A stretch of DNA of 63,992 nucleotides, the filler included, from Bonamia ostreae (lineage: Eukaryota), in the NCBI GenBank assembly GCA_040357525.1. It is 9 parts of 9 records of this genome, joined end to end, with 100 filler letters (N's around TTAATTAATTAA, not from the genome) between each part and the next. Parts side by side here need not be neighbours in the genome. Positions count along the whole stretch, not along the records: positions 1 to 7,422 come from JBDODL010000085.1; positions 7,523 to 14,881 come from JBDODL010000086.1; 7 more parts are not named here. One strand, given 5' to 3'. A program made the translations under genes and the position numbers. This document shows, piece by piece, positions 1 through 13,005 of the stretch (position 1 is its first letter; every line of letters starts with the position of its first letter). The notes beneath the pieces are model-generated. The model ran no database searches, was not told the DNA's origin, and was given only the letters and a program-made list of their open reading frames with translations.

Positions 1-339
1 GAAAAGTAAAAAAATTGTTAAAATCAAAAAATGAAAGTACGGAACCGGAGAAATGGACGAAGAAATAAAAAAGGCAAAATCGCATTTTGCCGAAAACATT
101 TTAAAAGTTTGAATTTATTCAACAACGAAAGGAGGAACATGTCAATATCAGTTCCGGCGTCAAACTGTACACGAAAGAAGTTATCGATTTCGCTACGTCA
201 AATAACTTTGACCCTTTCAAAGTTCGATTCTTGAACCTTTTATAGCTCGTCGAAAAAGATTTGGGAAAAGAAATAAAACTTTTTATAGAGAGCGCTTTAA
301 GAGTTAAAGCTTTAGACCAGAGCTTGGAGGAAATAAAGT

Positions 340-627
340 TTGGAAACCAAATTTTTTAGGGAAGAAAAGGCCAAAATTGTGGAGAACGTTAGAATTTGCG
401 AAGAAAAGACGCGAATTCTTGAACTGCAAATTAGAGAAAGAAAGGTTTTGGCGGCGCTAAGAAAAGCGAAGAAAATGGGCCACGAAAAAGAAAATTTGGA
501 CAATTGGGACGAAGATCAATTCGAGTTGTGTTTACAAAAGTTTAGGAAATTCGAAAAGAAATGGCGCTTGCGATTCGACTATTTGGACTCGAAAACAGCT
601 CTTTTGCCGATATGGAACTACTTTTAA
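340..627 (+). CDS. 3' exon of a hypothetical protein (5' part unresolved)
   Basis: 95-aa ORF with no ATG start; helical, charged sequence; family not recognised. Confidence 0.4.
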   Translation: METKFFREEKAKIVENVRICEEKTRILELQIRERKVLAALRKAKKMGHEKENLDNWDEDQFELCLQKFRKFEKKWRLRFDYLDSKTALLPIWNYF

Positions 628-781
628 TAAATACACGAGCTTTAAATAATTTAATGTCGCAATGTTTTAAATGTTAATTTGTATAATTGAAAACAAATTT
701 GATAGTTTCACAGAAAATAATTATAAATTTTATAATAAACGTTGGAAACGAATAAACCATTTTAAAAATTACATTAACATA

Positions 782-1675
782 ATGGACAATTCAGAGCATT
801 ATCATTATTTACTGGCAAATGACATGATCATCTACATTGTAAAAATCGTCAATTACTCTCTTCTGATGATGTTTAATCTCGTTCTTCTATTTATTCAGAT
901 TCGAATAATTTGCCGCATTAAAAGATCTAGAAAGGGAATTGAACTAGTTCCCTCTAATGTTGAAAGTCTCAGATTCAACAGTAATTTCGTTTCGAATATT
1001 GCGAATCCAAACGGAAATAAAAGAGGATTTAAATCAGTTCTAGAACGCGCCAAACCAGCCATTGTTTTAACAAAAATCCAACAACATATCCTTGATAATA
1101 CTTCCTTACCCGAAACTTATCAATCTGAAATTTGCAAAAAATTATTTGGCAAAGTTATTGACGGAAAGCACTATTTTTATACAGATTTTGTTCCTTTTAA
1201 AGGTAAATTACCGGCTTTCAAAAATTTGAAGCATTTTGTAAATAAACTTAAAAAAAATTGCGCCGAATTAAAAAATTCAAATCTTAAAACAATTTTGAGG
1301 GAGGGATTTGATTATTACACTTTTGTTACCGTTCTTGTAAATTTTGAACTCGGGTATCTGTTCAAAAAAATTGAAGACGTCATTGCGACTTGCATCTTTT
1401 TCGATGCCAAAGAAACAATAATTCTAGACGCAGATTTCATGGATTCTTTAATGGACAGATTAGTAAATTCGTTTCAAACGGAAACCAGTCTTGTTGAAAA
1501 TGGAAAGAGAGTTCTCATGTTACAACCCAAAATTAATGAATTTTTGTCGAAAATGGCTGAATTTAGAGATCAACCGGATAGTAGATCGGATGTGTACGAT
1601 TTGGCTGTTGGCATTATGGACGAATTGTATTCAGAAGCGGAGAAAAATGGCTTTCTAGAAGAGAGAATGAATTAA
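782..1675 (+). CDS. Hypothetical protein with N-terminal transmembrane segment
   Basis: Long ORF (671-1675); probable ATG at 782; hydrophobic stretch SLLMMFNLVLLFIQI followed by basic residues. Confidence 0.6.
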   Translation: MDNSEHYHYLLANDMIIYIVKIVNYSLLMMFNLVLLFIQIRIICRIKRSRKGIELVPSNVESLRFNSNFVSNIANPNGNKRGFKSVLERAKPAIVLTKIQQHILDNTSLPETYQSEICKKLFGKVIDGKHYFYTDFVPFKGKLPAFKNLKHFVNKLKKNCAELKNSNLKTILREGFDYYTFVTVLVNFELGYLFKKIEDVIATCIFFDAKETIILDADFMDSLMDRLVNSFQTETSLVENGKRVLMLQPKINEFLSKMAEFRDQPDSRSDVYDLAVGIMDELYSEAEKNGFLEERMN

Positions 1676-1975
1676 AACATTATGACTTATTTGATTTTAT
1701 ATAATTGCAAACAAATTTTTTAACGATCCTTATTTAACACAAAAAATTGACAAAATTATCGCTCGTTTTACAGTAAATATCCAAACTAATATTTTTGATT
1801 TTGATAACAAAAGAAAATGCTATAAAAATGTTCACAAAAAAAATCGTTGAAAACGAAATTATTTGTTATTTAAAATATTTAAAAATGAAAACTTTTCTAA
1901 ACAAATTAAATATTTTCAAATGTTTTTATAATTTAAATAAATAAAACATTAAAAACGAAAAAAATAGTTTTTAAA

Positions 1976-3540
1976 ATGAATAAATTTTTCTTTATTTTTC
2001 GAATTATTGTGGCCGGTAGCTCTATTACGTTGTTTCTAAGCTCCGCGGATAAAATCGATATCGAAACCAAAAACATTAAATTGCAAAATTTTTCTGAAAC
2101 CAATCCATACGATTCAACATCAAAACTTTATTTGCAAAACATGTATGTAACCACCGCCCAGCAAAAACAGCAAAAAATAAAAAACATTTTATCCCTTCAG
2201 TGTTTCCATTCTTTCGGATTGAAACTGCAAAACAAAACTTTCAGATTTGGTAACGATGACCAAATCAGGGTGCATAGAATTGATATTAACAATTATTTTT
2301 CGAACAAAAACTTCGATGTAAAAGGCAGTTCGATAGATGATCAATATTTAAAAACAAGCAAAAATCATGCAGAAATTCTTTTTAGAATAGACAAAAAATA
2401 TAAAAATTTATTTGTGACATTCCGGCGAAAATTGCCTAAAATCGAAAAGTTGCTTTTTTATGTCATCAGTTTGGGGAAAAAAGAGAAATTGAAACCAATT
2501 TTAGAATCAAAATCCCAATTTGATAATTTTGAAACCGTTACTTACCAACTGAACGCCACAGAAAAGCCCATTGAAATAAATTTTGTGTATCACGGGCATG
2601 ATAAAAATTGTTTAATTAAAGATCTGTTGGTTTCTACAAGAAAAGAGTTCTTGCACTATAATGAAGAGGGTTATTTTTTTAAATTTAGTTCTTTATGAAA
2701 ACAATTTTAGTGAAACAAATTGGTTGATATCGAGAAAAAAGAAATTTATTGTATTAACTTCACCAATTATAAAAACTTTATATTCTGACCATCAAATTTT
2801 AGTCCATTTACAAACTAATTTTACCAAAAATTTGAGCACTAATTCCAAATTGGTTTTGCAGTTTGTTCAGGGGGACGACAGCTATTTTTTAACAAAGTTT
2901 AAAAATGTGCACTATTGGGGAACAATAGCAAAATTAACCAGTTCCAACAAAACTGATTTGTTTGTGACAATTTCCAAACTCAAGAGAAAGTATGCCATTT
3001 TCAGAATGATTATATATGGCAGTGAACAATCGATATCTACGATAAAAAAATTTGTTCTTTATTCAAAAACGAAAAGATGGGCAAATAATGAAAACAAATG
3101 TCTGAGAAAAGTTGATATTATTTTTAAAAATAATTCGACCATCAAAAACTTTACGATTGATGTCATTGATAGTTACACACAACACACCGTTTTTAACTAT
3201 AAACATTTTAAAAGATACCAATATCAACCAATGTAACAAATTCCATACATAAAAACCCTTTTAAAAAGGATTTTCTGTATTTCAAAGAACAAGTAAAGAT
3301 AAATTTTGATACGCTTATTGTGCTTATTTTTATTGTTTATCTAATTTTTGGAATTATTTTTATCCTCTCTGTCAGCAAAAAATGTTTTTTATTTAACCAC
3401 GTTGTTAATCGCTTTTAAATAACTGCATCTATATTTTTCATAACCTTTTATACAAGATTTTGCGGCAAAAGATATTATAATCAGTCCGTTTGGTATAAGA
3501 GAAGATATAAATAATAAGGAAATTAGTAAAGAAAGGAATC
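1976..3540 (+). CDS. Hypothetical secreted/membrane protein, multi-exon (3' end approximate)
   Basis: Consecutive ORFs 1976-2698 and 2661-3236 with a signal-peptide-like start; hydrophobic stretch near 3310-3370. Confidence 0.5.
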
Positions 3541-4270
3541 TGAACGCGGCAGACAATAAATTCCACGCCAAAAAACATATTCTCGTGTTGATTTTTGTAC
3601 TCGTTGCAAGAATTTACCTACTGATTTTTATCAAAAACATGTTGAAATCGAGTTGGGAACTGGTAAACTACAAAAATAACAAATCTTTTGTTAATTTTGT
3701 GCCATTTGTTAAAAATATTTATAAACAAAATTCACTTGAAAATAAAAAAATGAACAGGTTTTGTTAAAAAAATTGAGATATCAAAATAAGGAAATTAGTC
3801 GTCAAGAAAACAATTTTTTTATTCAAAAATCTACCTGTGACGACATTTTAAGACAAAAAAATTCAAATTTTATATCAGAAGCAAGTGTGATATCAAAACA
3901 AAACGAAATAAAACAAACAAATATTAAAAAGATGTTTGACAGAAACAATAAAAACAAACTTGACAAATTTAACCGACAGGTACCATTTTAATATTAATTT
4001 TTTAGTTAAACAGAAAGCGCAAAGAAGAAAGACTTATTTTAGATAAAAATTATAAAAATGTAGTTAAGAACATTGACTTAAAATTGAATGATCACATTAC
4101 AGAAGAAGAACATTCTAAACTTTTAAATATGTTTTTCCCTATAAAACTAGTATTTCAAAAACTATTTTTGTCAAAGTTACCATTTACAAAAAGATTATAG
4201 TTAACCATTTTATAAAAGAAAATCGAACTTAAAATATCAAAACACTTCAATTGACGAACAAGATAATTTT

Positions 4271-4579
4271 ATGGCGGAAAATTTAAAAGTTGAAGAAATC
4301 TTTGATGAAGACGAACCCATTCCAAAGTTAAAAGTAGAAGAAGACAATAACAATATTGATACTAAAACTTCGGAAATTGAATACCCCCAAATTTTTTTAA
4401 AATTCAAGAAAATACAGGATCGTTTTGCGAAGATAAATCTATTCTATTGGCTTGTTACCGCGTGGAGGATATATTACGGATTTCATACTTTAATAATCTG
4501 TGTTGATCTTATTAAGGGAGTTTTTAAATTTATTGCCAAAAAATTTGCAATTTCTTTATTTATTATATTTCTAGTATGA
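4271..4579 (+). CDS. Small hypothetical membrane protein
   Basis: 102-aa ATG ORF with acidic N-terminus and hydrophobic C-terminus. Confidence 0.45.
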   Translation: MAENLKVEEIFDEDEPIPKLKVEEDNNNIDTKTSEIEYPQIFLKFKKIQDRFAKINLFYWLVTAWRIYYGFHTLIICVDLIKGVFKFIAKKFAISLFIIFLV

Positions 4580-4929
4580 GCAAAAAGTTAATTGGGAAAA
4601 GTTTGCAGATATTAAAAAGAAAAAATCAGTTTTAAAAATTGATTTTCTTGTTTAAGAACACGAAATAATATAATTTGTTTTTTAATTAAAATAGAAACGC
4701 ATTTTAATCAAAATTTTGACTTTGGTTCTCAAAATACGCCCGTTTTTTGTTTTGTTTATTGTTACATTTATTTACTTGGTTGTAAGTAACAGTTCTTTTA
4801 TTTGTTTCATAACAAATTTTTTTGGTCCAAAAAACATAATTGCGATCGCTGAAAGAATGATTGCGCTCCCATTATACACTGCTCTTATTGTTTAAATTTA
4901 AACAATAAAAGAACACTAATACGATAACA

Positions 4930-6155
4930 ATGGAAAACGCTCGAAATATAAATGAAAATAAAATCCCATTTTACCTTGAAAACTTTAATGAAACAGTATC
5001 AATAAGAGAAAAATATGTTCATAGATATAACAACCAACAAATAGCGGATTCGGAAAAATTTAATGCAGATTTTTGCGCCGCAAGTAAATTTATAAATTGC
5101 AAAAACTGTTTTATCTGCGTAAAAATAAAAAAGTGAGAGTTACCAAAGAAGATTGTTTTCAGCAAAGATGGGTATTAACGGAGAATTTTAGCAATGATTT
5201 GGTAACTAAAACTGATTTTTCTTCAAATTTTTGTCGATCGTTCGTCAAAAATAGAAAATTCGCCCATGAACATAAACGTTTTTAGTTTTTATAATTCGCT
5301 GTTAGAACACATTTTTGTTCCATTTACAGTTTAATAAAGGATGCTTGTCGTTTAAAAGAATTCCATGCGAAAAGGAATGCAAACTGAAACTAAATTTTTA
5401 TGTCAAAACAGTTTTGACATTAGAAGAAGCCCTGAGCAAATGTGATCGCAACATATTATGCGCAGCCGTACAAAAAACAAGCAAAAACAAATACGATCTG
5501 TTTTACGAAAGCAACGAGTTTAAAGAATTTAACGGTGTCGAATTCTATATTTGTCTAACCGGTTCTATTTTTACCACCAAAAACAGAAAAAAACTTTGAA
5601 GATTGTGATGCCGATACTCTTTGTCCCGTCGAATACATTAACTGTATCGAATCGCCAAAATGCGCCAAAATGGCTGAAAAGATGTTTAAAAATAAAACTT
5701 GGAATATCGAAAAAGCTCTACACATCAACAAGAACTCGAAGATCGAAGCCTTTTTAGATCTTTTTAGGTGCGCGAAAAGAATGTGCGAGCCCCTTAAATT
5801 GAAAGAAGAGGCTACAACGGAATGCCTTTGTTATAGAAAAGCAGACAGATCGGTTATTAAAAACGGCAAAGTTTGCGAAGAATGGGCAGTTCGACCCGAA
5901 AAAATTTTGGAGAACGAAACAGAATGTAATATGGAGCCCATTACAGTAACAATGTACACACAATTTGATTACGAGAGATATTTAATGCTTATATCTGAAA
6001 CATTGCTCCCCTTTGTCGATTCTGGCATCAAAGTGGCAAGAAACGCTGTAATTTACTTTTTCTGTTCAATCGCTGCTTATTTCATTTTTTCTTTTTCGAA
6101 GAAAGCTGTAATTGAAAAACTTATTCAACTTAACGCGATAAGGTTTAGCTTTTAA
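4930..6155 (+). CDS. Cys-rich multi-exon membrane protein, possible PAN/apple-like modules
   Basis: Chain of frame-shifted ORFs; TLEEALSKCDRNILCAAV resembles a PAN motif; C-terminal hydrophobic segment. Confidence 0.4.
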
Positions 6156-6770
6156 CGTCTTTGAAGATGTAATTGGATTTTTGTGAGACCGTCTTTTAAT
6201 TAAATCTGATTTTTTATTAATATTTTTTCGTTGATGCTATTGGCGATGTGTATTTGTACACAAAAATATTAGACGAAGAAACCAATATTAGACAAAAATT
6301 TTATTATAATTTTATGTGCATTGCGATAAATCATAAACAATTAGACAAATTGACACAAAAAATTATATTTTTATATAAATCAGGATTATTTGACGCATTT
6401 TATTAGAAATTTTATTAGAAGTGAGCATTTTATTTGACGCATAAATTCTTGACGAAAAATTTGTTTTGTGCTGATTTTATTTTGCGAATTAAAATAATTG
6501 GGTTCCCAGAAAAAATAACATATTGGCTATTCAAGATCTTGACTAAATCACAAAAACTCAAAGTGCACAAATTTGAATTCTTTCCAGACGACGATAAAGT
6601 ACAAAAGAGGAGGGGAACTCATTTCACAGATCTGAACAAATATTCACAGAACTGAAAGTGATTTTCAACGACACCATTACAAAGACTTATTTCCTTTAAG
6701 ATACTTAAAGATTCTCATTTCCTAAACTTATCTTAACATATGATCATATAGCACTTAAAGACGAGCTTTA

Positions 6771-7422
6771 ATGTTTCAGCTTAAAACAAAGTACATCTTT
6801 CCAACTGCGAAACGCAACACAACGAACCTGCACAAAAACAGCGCAAAATTTCTAACGACCGACTACAGAGCATACAATTATAAGGAACACGGGGATCCCA
6901 GACACGTTCTCTCCTTTTCGGAAGTACGATTTCCAGAAAAGCCGAATTTCCGAGTAAAGCTTGCTCCCATAAACCCTTCTGACATCAACATGGTAACAAT
7001 AAAATTCACAGAGAAGATCGAAGGACGGTACCCGATGTTAAAACAATCGATCGTCAAAGTAGCGGGGAACGAGTGCGTTGGCTACTACTCGGATAATGGC
7101 GTTCAAAGACTTGCGATCCCAAGATATGGCAATTTGGGCACGTGGAGAAAATTCATACATGCGAAAGAAAGCGATCTGATCATCTTGCCGGATCACGTTC
7201 GGTACCACCCTTTTCTTTCGGCGGTCAGCATCAATCCGCTGACAGCTCTGCGTTTACTGAGAGATTTTGCATCTTTGAAAAGAAACCAATACATCATCCA
7301 AAACACGGCGAACAGCACTGTCGGACGCTGCGTGATCCAACTGGCGAAAATATTCGGATTCAAAACTATCAACATTGTTCGAAATCGGTTTTTGCAAATC
7401 TTAAAATCCAAATTTTGTTTTG
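6771..7422 (+). CDS. MECR: Mitochondrial trans-2-enoyl-ACP/CoA reductase, 3' truncated
   Basis: APINPSDINM-IEGRYP, GNECVG, GTWR, INPLTALRLL, IIQNTANSTVGRCVIQLAK; 24-nt intron at 6993-7016. Confidence 0.92.
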
Positions 7423-7522
7423 NNNNNNNNNNNNNNNNNNNNNNNNNNNNNNNNNNNNNNNNNNNNTTAATTAATTAANNNNNNNNNNNNNNNNNNNNNN
7501 NNNNNNNNNNNNNNNNNNNNNN
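7423..7522. other. Artificial contig-joining spacer (N44-TTAATTAATTAA-N44)
   Basis: Six-frame stop linker between N runs; genes on both sides are truncated. Confidence 0.98.
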
Positions 7523-8139
7523 CAACGCGTACATGTACGGCTGCTGCGGGCAAAAGTACATTGTTCTTTATGACACATTGCTCAAACAATGTTCCGAACA
7601 ACAAATTATAGCCATTCTCGGCCACGAATTGGGACATTGGAAGAAAAGCCACATCATCAAAATGTTCATAGTACTCGAAGCTTTTATGTTTAGTACATTT
7701 TACGCGATGAGATTGTTTCTATTTTCAGAGTTTTTAAATTAAAGTTTAGCGATTTGTACACTTCTTTCGGATTTACCGAAAACCCTGTTATTATAGGCAC
7801 TTTTTTGTTTTTTGTGCTCTATGAACCGATCGAGCAAATCAGAAGCGTTCTTTTTAACGGATACATGCGTTATTTAGAAAACGAGGCCGACGATTTTTCG
7901 AGCGATTTGGGATATTCCGAAGTGCTTTTTATTTTAAATTTTAAATGTTAAAATAGTCTTATGCAAATTTTATCGAATATGTACATTAAAAGCACCTTGT
8001 CGAAGGATTATTGGCTTTAGAAAGAGAAAACAAATCTGGTTTGATAACAGATCCAATCTATTCTTTATTCAAGCACAATCATCCTCCCATCATTGAGCGA
8101 GTAAGGAGATTACGTTTGAAAATGAACAAGGAATTATAA
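7523..8139 (+). CDS. STE24: CAAX prenyl protease 1, C-terminal part
   Basis: NAYMYG..IVLYDTLL, HELGH (HExxH), ENEAD, DPIYS..HPPIIER; 20-nt intron at 7730-7749. Confidence 0.92.
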
Positions 8140-8555
8140 ATTCTCAAATCTTTTTTCTAAAAATCTTTTTTTTAAATAGTTTAAAATAATATCTCTTACA
8201 AAAAACCATAAATTACATTATTTTTACAAAAACGATCAAAAATAACAATATTTTGTCAAAAAAAACAATTTTTCTTATAAAAACAACATTTTTTATTATA
8301 ATAAACAACAATTTTCAAAAGTTGTATAAAATGGATAAAATGTTGCCACCAAAGCAGAGATTTGATTAGATCTTTATTGACTTAAAAATCAATATTTATC
8401 TGAAAAATAAAAATGTTGTAAAAAGTTATCCTCCACAACACAAAAACATCTAATTTTGACCACATTCCGATCACATAAAACTCTTTATCTAACAATAACC
8501 ACATAAAATTCTTTAAACAACAGCCACAAAAAAACAACGATTATCAGTCAATTTC

Positions 8556-9608
8556 ATGTGCTCAATTAGATCATGTAGTTTCCCAAATGTGCCAGGTATC
8601 TCTATCGATCAAACATACCATGAGATATGCACCCAACTGTGGAAATATCCCCTTGAACGCTACAAAAAACTGTTCAGCGCTTTAGACGGCGAATTCAAGT
8701 TCAAGTTTAACGAAAAAACTCGTTGTGGATTTTATAGCGGCGCCTGCAACCGAGATTTCTCTTTTTTCCTCTATCAAGACTCAAAGAAACACTCGCAACG
8801 AGCTATGCTTTGCACTTGCTACATGCAGAGTGCCACGAGAGCGATCTCGGAAATGCGTTTCGCGATACAAAAACTGCGCAGTTTGAAAGAGAAGAAAGAA
8901 AGAGACAAGAACAAAGAGCCCGATCCGAACGAATATATTCCCAAAAAGTGCCCCATTCAAGAATTCAACGAGTTCTACAAAAGAGTCGAAACCGAAGGAC
9001 GCGAAAACTTTGACAAAGCAATATTGATACCAGTCAACGAGATGTACCGTTGTCTTCTGCGCATTTCAATGCTGCAGAAAATCGAAGCCGTTTTGAAGCC
9101 TTTTTATCTTGCGCGAAATACTCCCTTCGACCCGAAGACAAAGAAAAAATCGTTTCTGAAGCGGTTGTTTGGTTGCTTCTCTAATCAAAAGAGAAAATCG
9201 ATTTCGAAAGAAGAAAAAACTTCTTTTCTCGACAAAATCGATTTTGGAAAATATTTGGAGACCGTCGAAGGAGTCTGCCGCGCTGAGAAACAGCGTTTCT
9301 GCAACCAGCGGCGAAATCTGTACCTCATTCTGAAATGCTACTTCAGAACGCTAATGGTGAGCGGCATTTACTACAAGAGCAAGACAACTTATTTGGACTG
9401 GCTCCACCAGATTCTCGTGTACGAAAACTCGCGAGACAAAATCGACGCGGAAATGCGCCGCAAAACAGATTGCGAGGAGGTCTACTTCCCTGAATGGATA
9501 GTACCCGAGCTTCCTCGTCTGCAGAAAGCCAAGGTCGTGCCGGACAAGCCAGAGATGGACCATTTCGATGTCGACATTGGCTTTCACGAACGAGAATATT
9601 TTGTCTGA
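8556..9608 (+). CDS. Hypothetical protein (350 aa)
   Basis: Long ATG-initiated ORF; no family recognised. Confidence 0.7.
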   Translation: MCSIRSCSFPNVPGISIDQTYHEICTQLWKYPLERYKKLFSALDGEFKFKFNEKTRCGFYSGACNRDFSFFLYQDSKKHSQRAMLCTCYMQSATRAISEMRFAIQKLRSLKEKKERDKNKEPDPNEYIPKKCPIQEFNEFYKRVETEGRENFDKAILIPVNEMYRCLLRISMLQKIEAVLKPFYLARNTPFDPKTKKKSFLKRLFGCFSNQKRKSISKEEKTSFLDKIDFGKYLETVEGVCRAEKQRFCNQRRNLYLILKCYFRTLMVSGIYYKSKTTYLDWLHQILVYENSRDKIDAEMRRKTDCEEVYFPEWIVPELPRLQKAKVVPDKPEMDHFDVDIGFHEREYFV

Positions 9609-9959
9609 GAACGTCAGATGAATTTAATTTCGGTAAAAAAATAAATATCGTTTAAATTTCGCATCGACTTTCCAAACTAAATATCGTTTAGACAAAAACG
9701 GTTTTGAAAAATTGTTAGGCAAAAACGGTTTCTGTTCAGAAAAATTGCTTATCGAGTTTGTGTGTTTGTGGAAGCCATTCTCAGTCCACATTTTATTTAA
9801 AAATATCTTCCCTTTTAGTCAATTATTAAAATCTCTCCATTTCCATTTCGAAGATATGTTGTTGTAGCACTTTAAAATTATAACAACAAAACGATAAATT
9901 TGCAAAAAAATTAAATCTTTAAAATAACAACTTTAAAATTAAATTGGCTCTGAAACGAA

Positions 9960-11163
9960 ATGGGCTGTTTCGATAAATGTTGCGGCAAAAGAGGAAAAAT
10001 CGAACCTTTGGTGGTTCCTCTACCAGGTTTCAATTGAATATATTCGTTCAACAAATTTAATTGGTGGTCCAAACATTATAAATTTTAACAGACAAAAATA
10101 ACGATGCGGAAAGTACTGCTTCATTAGACATTTTTTTCTTATCCAATTCAGTTATGCCAACATGGGAAAAAAAGTTGAGAGAATATAGAAGAAGATGTTT
10201 GAGAGAAAATGACGACGAAGGAATTCGTATTTTGGACAATTTGGAGTTTTATCGAAAAAACTGTTTTTAAATAATATTTGTGAAGACAAAATAAATATGA
10301 CAGAATGGCCAAATGTGAAAGCGATCGACGATTTTTGTGAGATCAATAACTGTTGTAAATATGAGCAGAGAAAAGATTACATTCTAGAACAGTTCGATAT
10401 TGAAAACTTTAAAATTTTACAATTTCTTCTGAAGATGGATAGACATCCCAATGTTCTAGATGTCGCGAGAGCTTTCGAATTGGATGATCAAATTTTTATT
10501 TATCGAGAAAAAACGATTTGCAATTTAAGGTTCATTTTATTTAAATCAAAGAGATGTCTTTTTGGACATAAAAATCAACATTCGTTTTTAATTTAAAACA
10601 TTAATTTTAAACTGGAAAACAAAATTTTTTACTTTCTTCGAAAATCAAAGCTGTCGTCTTCGCACACTTAATTTCAGGACTGTTCCATATTCACAGATCC
10701 AAGATAATCTACAGAAACATTGGCACAGAAAACATTCACGTCACAGAAGATTTCCGAATAATTTATTGTTTGTCGAACGAGTCGATTTTCAGTCCCAGCG
10801 ATTTGCCAGTCGACAACAGCGACGAAGAGGAGCAGTTTTTCAACTGTTTTTTTTAACAAAAAAGCGCAAAGAAGAAATTGGAAAATGATGACCGCCTACG
10901 AAGACGACGTCTGGACGTTGGGAATTCTCTTGAAGAAAATCGCCGACGGCGAAGATGTGCACTACGATCGAAACGCCAAAAGAATCAAAATCGAATATTC
11001 GCCGGATCTGATCGCTCGCGATGTGGAAGAAGTTTTGGAGGGATTTTTGAATGTTGACGCGGCTGAAAGATGGGGATTGAAAGATTTTGAGCAGATAAAG
11101 GGAAAAAGATTGTTTTACGGATTGGATTGGGACGACCTACCGCCCATAAATCAAGAAATTTGA
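9960..11163 (+). CDS. AGC-type kinase-fold protein, predicted pseudokinase, multi-exon
   Basis: MGCFDKCCGK start; HPNVL..AFE; HIHRSKIIYRNIGTENI; DVWTLGILL; AAERWG..QIKGKRLFYGLDWDDL tail. Confidence 0.7.
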
Positions 11164-11431
11164 TTATGCCATATTTGCAACAATGACGATATTCAAATTG
11201 CAAAATAGCAAAATTTGATTTTTCCGTAACATTAAAATTGTAAAATTGCAAAAATCGCTTTTTAATGGACCAAAAATTGCAAAAACGACAAAAATTGACT
11301 TAAAAACGACAAATCTTCGAAAACGACCAAATCGACATTAAATTCGAACAACCGAAAATGAACCGAAAACAGCCAATCCGAAAATCGCAACATCCCGCAG
11401 TTCACTTACCACAGCCAAACAACAAAACCAA

Positions 11432-12545
11432 ATGACCAAGTCAACCCAAGAACACGCTGATAAAGCCATTTGCGCTATTTTTAATCGCTTGTTTTTGAAA
11501 GTCCGATTAGCCAAAGAAATGGCTGAATTGGAAAGCGATCAGATCGGCAGCAAGAACATTTTGCTGGGTTGGGCCGATGCCATCGAAAGCAGTCTTCGTT
11601 CCGGCGACAGTCGCCCCGAAGCCAAAGCGCCCGGCGGCAAAAACATTTTTCTCTCCGTTTTCAACGATTTGCAGATCTTCGAGCGACTTTTGAAACTTTT
11701 CGTGCTCGGAGGCTCTTCAAAACTGCAAATCGGCGTGCTCAGTTATATGTTTTCGATGTGCTTCTACGGCAGCGAAGATTTTTATTTTTGGTTTCTGAAG
11801 CAAATCCTGTTAAATTTTTTCAAATCTCTTTTCTCTGACCCGTTTTAGACCGATTTCGGCGGCTTTGAGAGAAAGTCTAGGCGATTTGAAAAACTGCGCG
11901 GAGGTCGACCAATTTCTTTCGGCGATCACCGCTTTCCTCAAATTGCCTTCCGGCGGAAGCGGAGACGACTTTTTTTTGCTTTCGCTCCAAATCGACTGGG
12001 GCGACAAAACCGAAAAGAAAAATTTGGACCAAATCGGAAAAGACGTTGAAACGGCGAACGAAAACATTCGGAAACTGGTCGAAGCGGCGCGGAAAGTGAA
12101 AAGTTGCAGAGACCGTTTCATTTTTAGCGCGCCGCTGCGTTGCGGAGATGAAAAGGACTTCTTCGACTCGATCAAAAAACGCGTTCGGGCTTTGCACAAA
12201 ACGGGAAAAGAAGAACTCGAGTCGAAGGCGAATCGCTTCAGAGCGCAAAACAACACTCCGAAAAGCGTTTACCGCCGGAGAGTGATCGCGGAGCGCGTTA
12301 AACCGCTTCTATCGCAAATCGAAAAGAGGAAAATCGAGATTTCGGAGAAAGAGAAAATGGCGGGAGAACTGGAAAAAAAGCTTTTGGAAACGAGAGAAGA
12401 GATCGGGAATTTGAGGAAAGAAGAGAAAGAGCTCGAGATCGAGTTGAAATCGGAGCAGTTGAAGATCGAGGAGACCGTAGCGGATTTTTATAAGGACCAC
12501 AAGAAGCTGGGCGAGGAAATCCGCGTCGCCGTTACAAATTGCTAA
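11432..12545 (+). CDS. Hypothetical coiled-coil protein (2 exons)
   Basis: ORFs 11432-11848 and 11865-12545 join via a GT-AG intron at ~11809-11848; E/K-rich C-terminus. Confidence 0.65.
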
Positions 12546-12975
12546 AATTTGACAAAATTGTCGAAAATTGAAAATCGACAAAAATTTGATAAAAATTGAT
12601 AAAATTGTAAAAAATGATAAAAATTGATAAAATCTATAAAAATTGTAAAAATTGTCGAAATCGATATAATAATTTGATAAAATTGTCAAAAATTGATAAA
12701 AATTGGCAAAAAATGATAAAAATTGACAAAAAATGATAAAATTGATAAAATATATAAAAATTTGATAAAATTGTCAAAAATAGATAAAAATTGACAAAAA
12801 AATGATAAAATATATAAAAATTTGACAAAATTGATAAAAAAAATGATAAAAATTTGACAAAATTTGACAAAATTGTCGAAAATCGATAAAATCTATAAAA
12901 ATTGTCGAAAATAATAATTTGATAAAATTGTCAAAAATTGATAAAAAAAAATTTGATAAAATTGTTAAAATTTAC
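12546..12975. repeat. Degenerate ~10-11 bp tandem repeat (AAAATTGAT/C)
   Basis: Dozens of AAAATTGATA/AAAATTGTC variants. Confidence 0.85.
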
Positions 12976-13005
12976 AAAAATTGAAGCGACAGAAAAACAA
13001 AGCGA

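Noticed and set aside
11789-11849. TGA created at a splice junction (possible selenocysteine)
   Set aside because: A downstream donor near 11809 gives an open frame (KQILPIS) without any TGA
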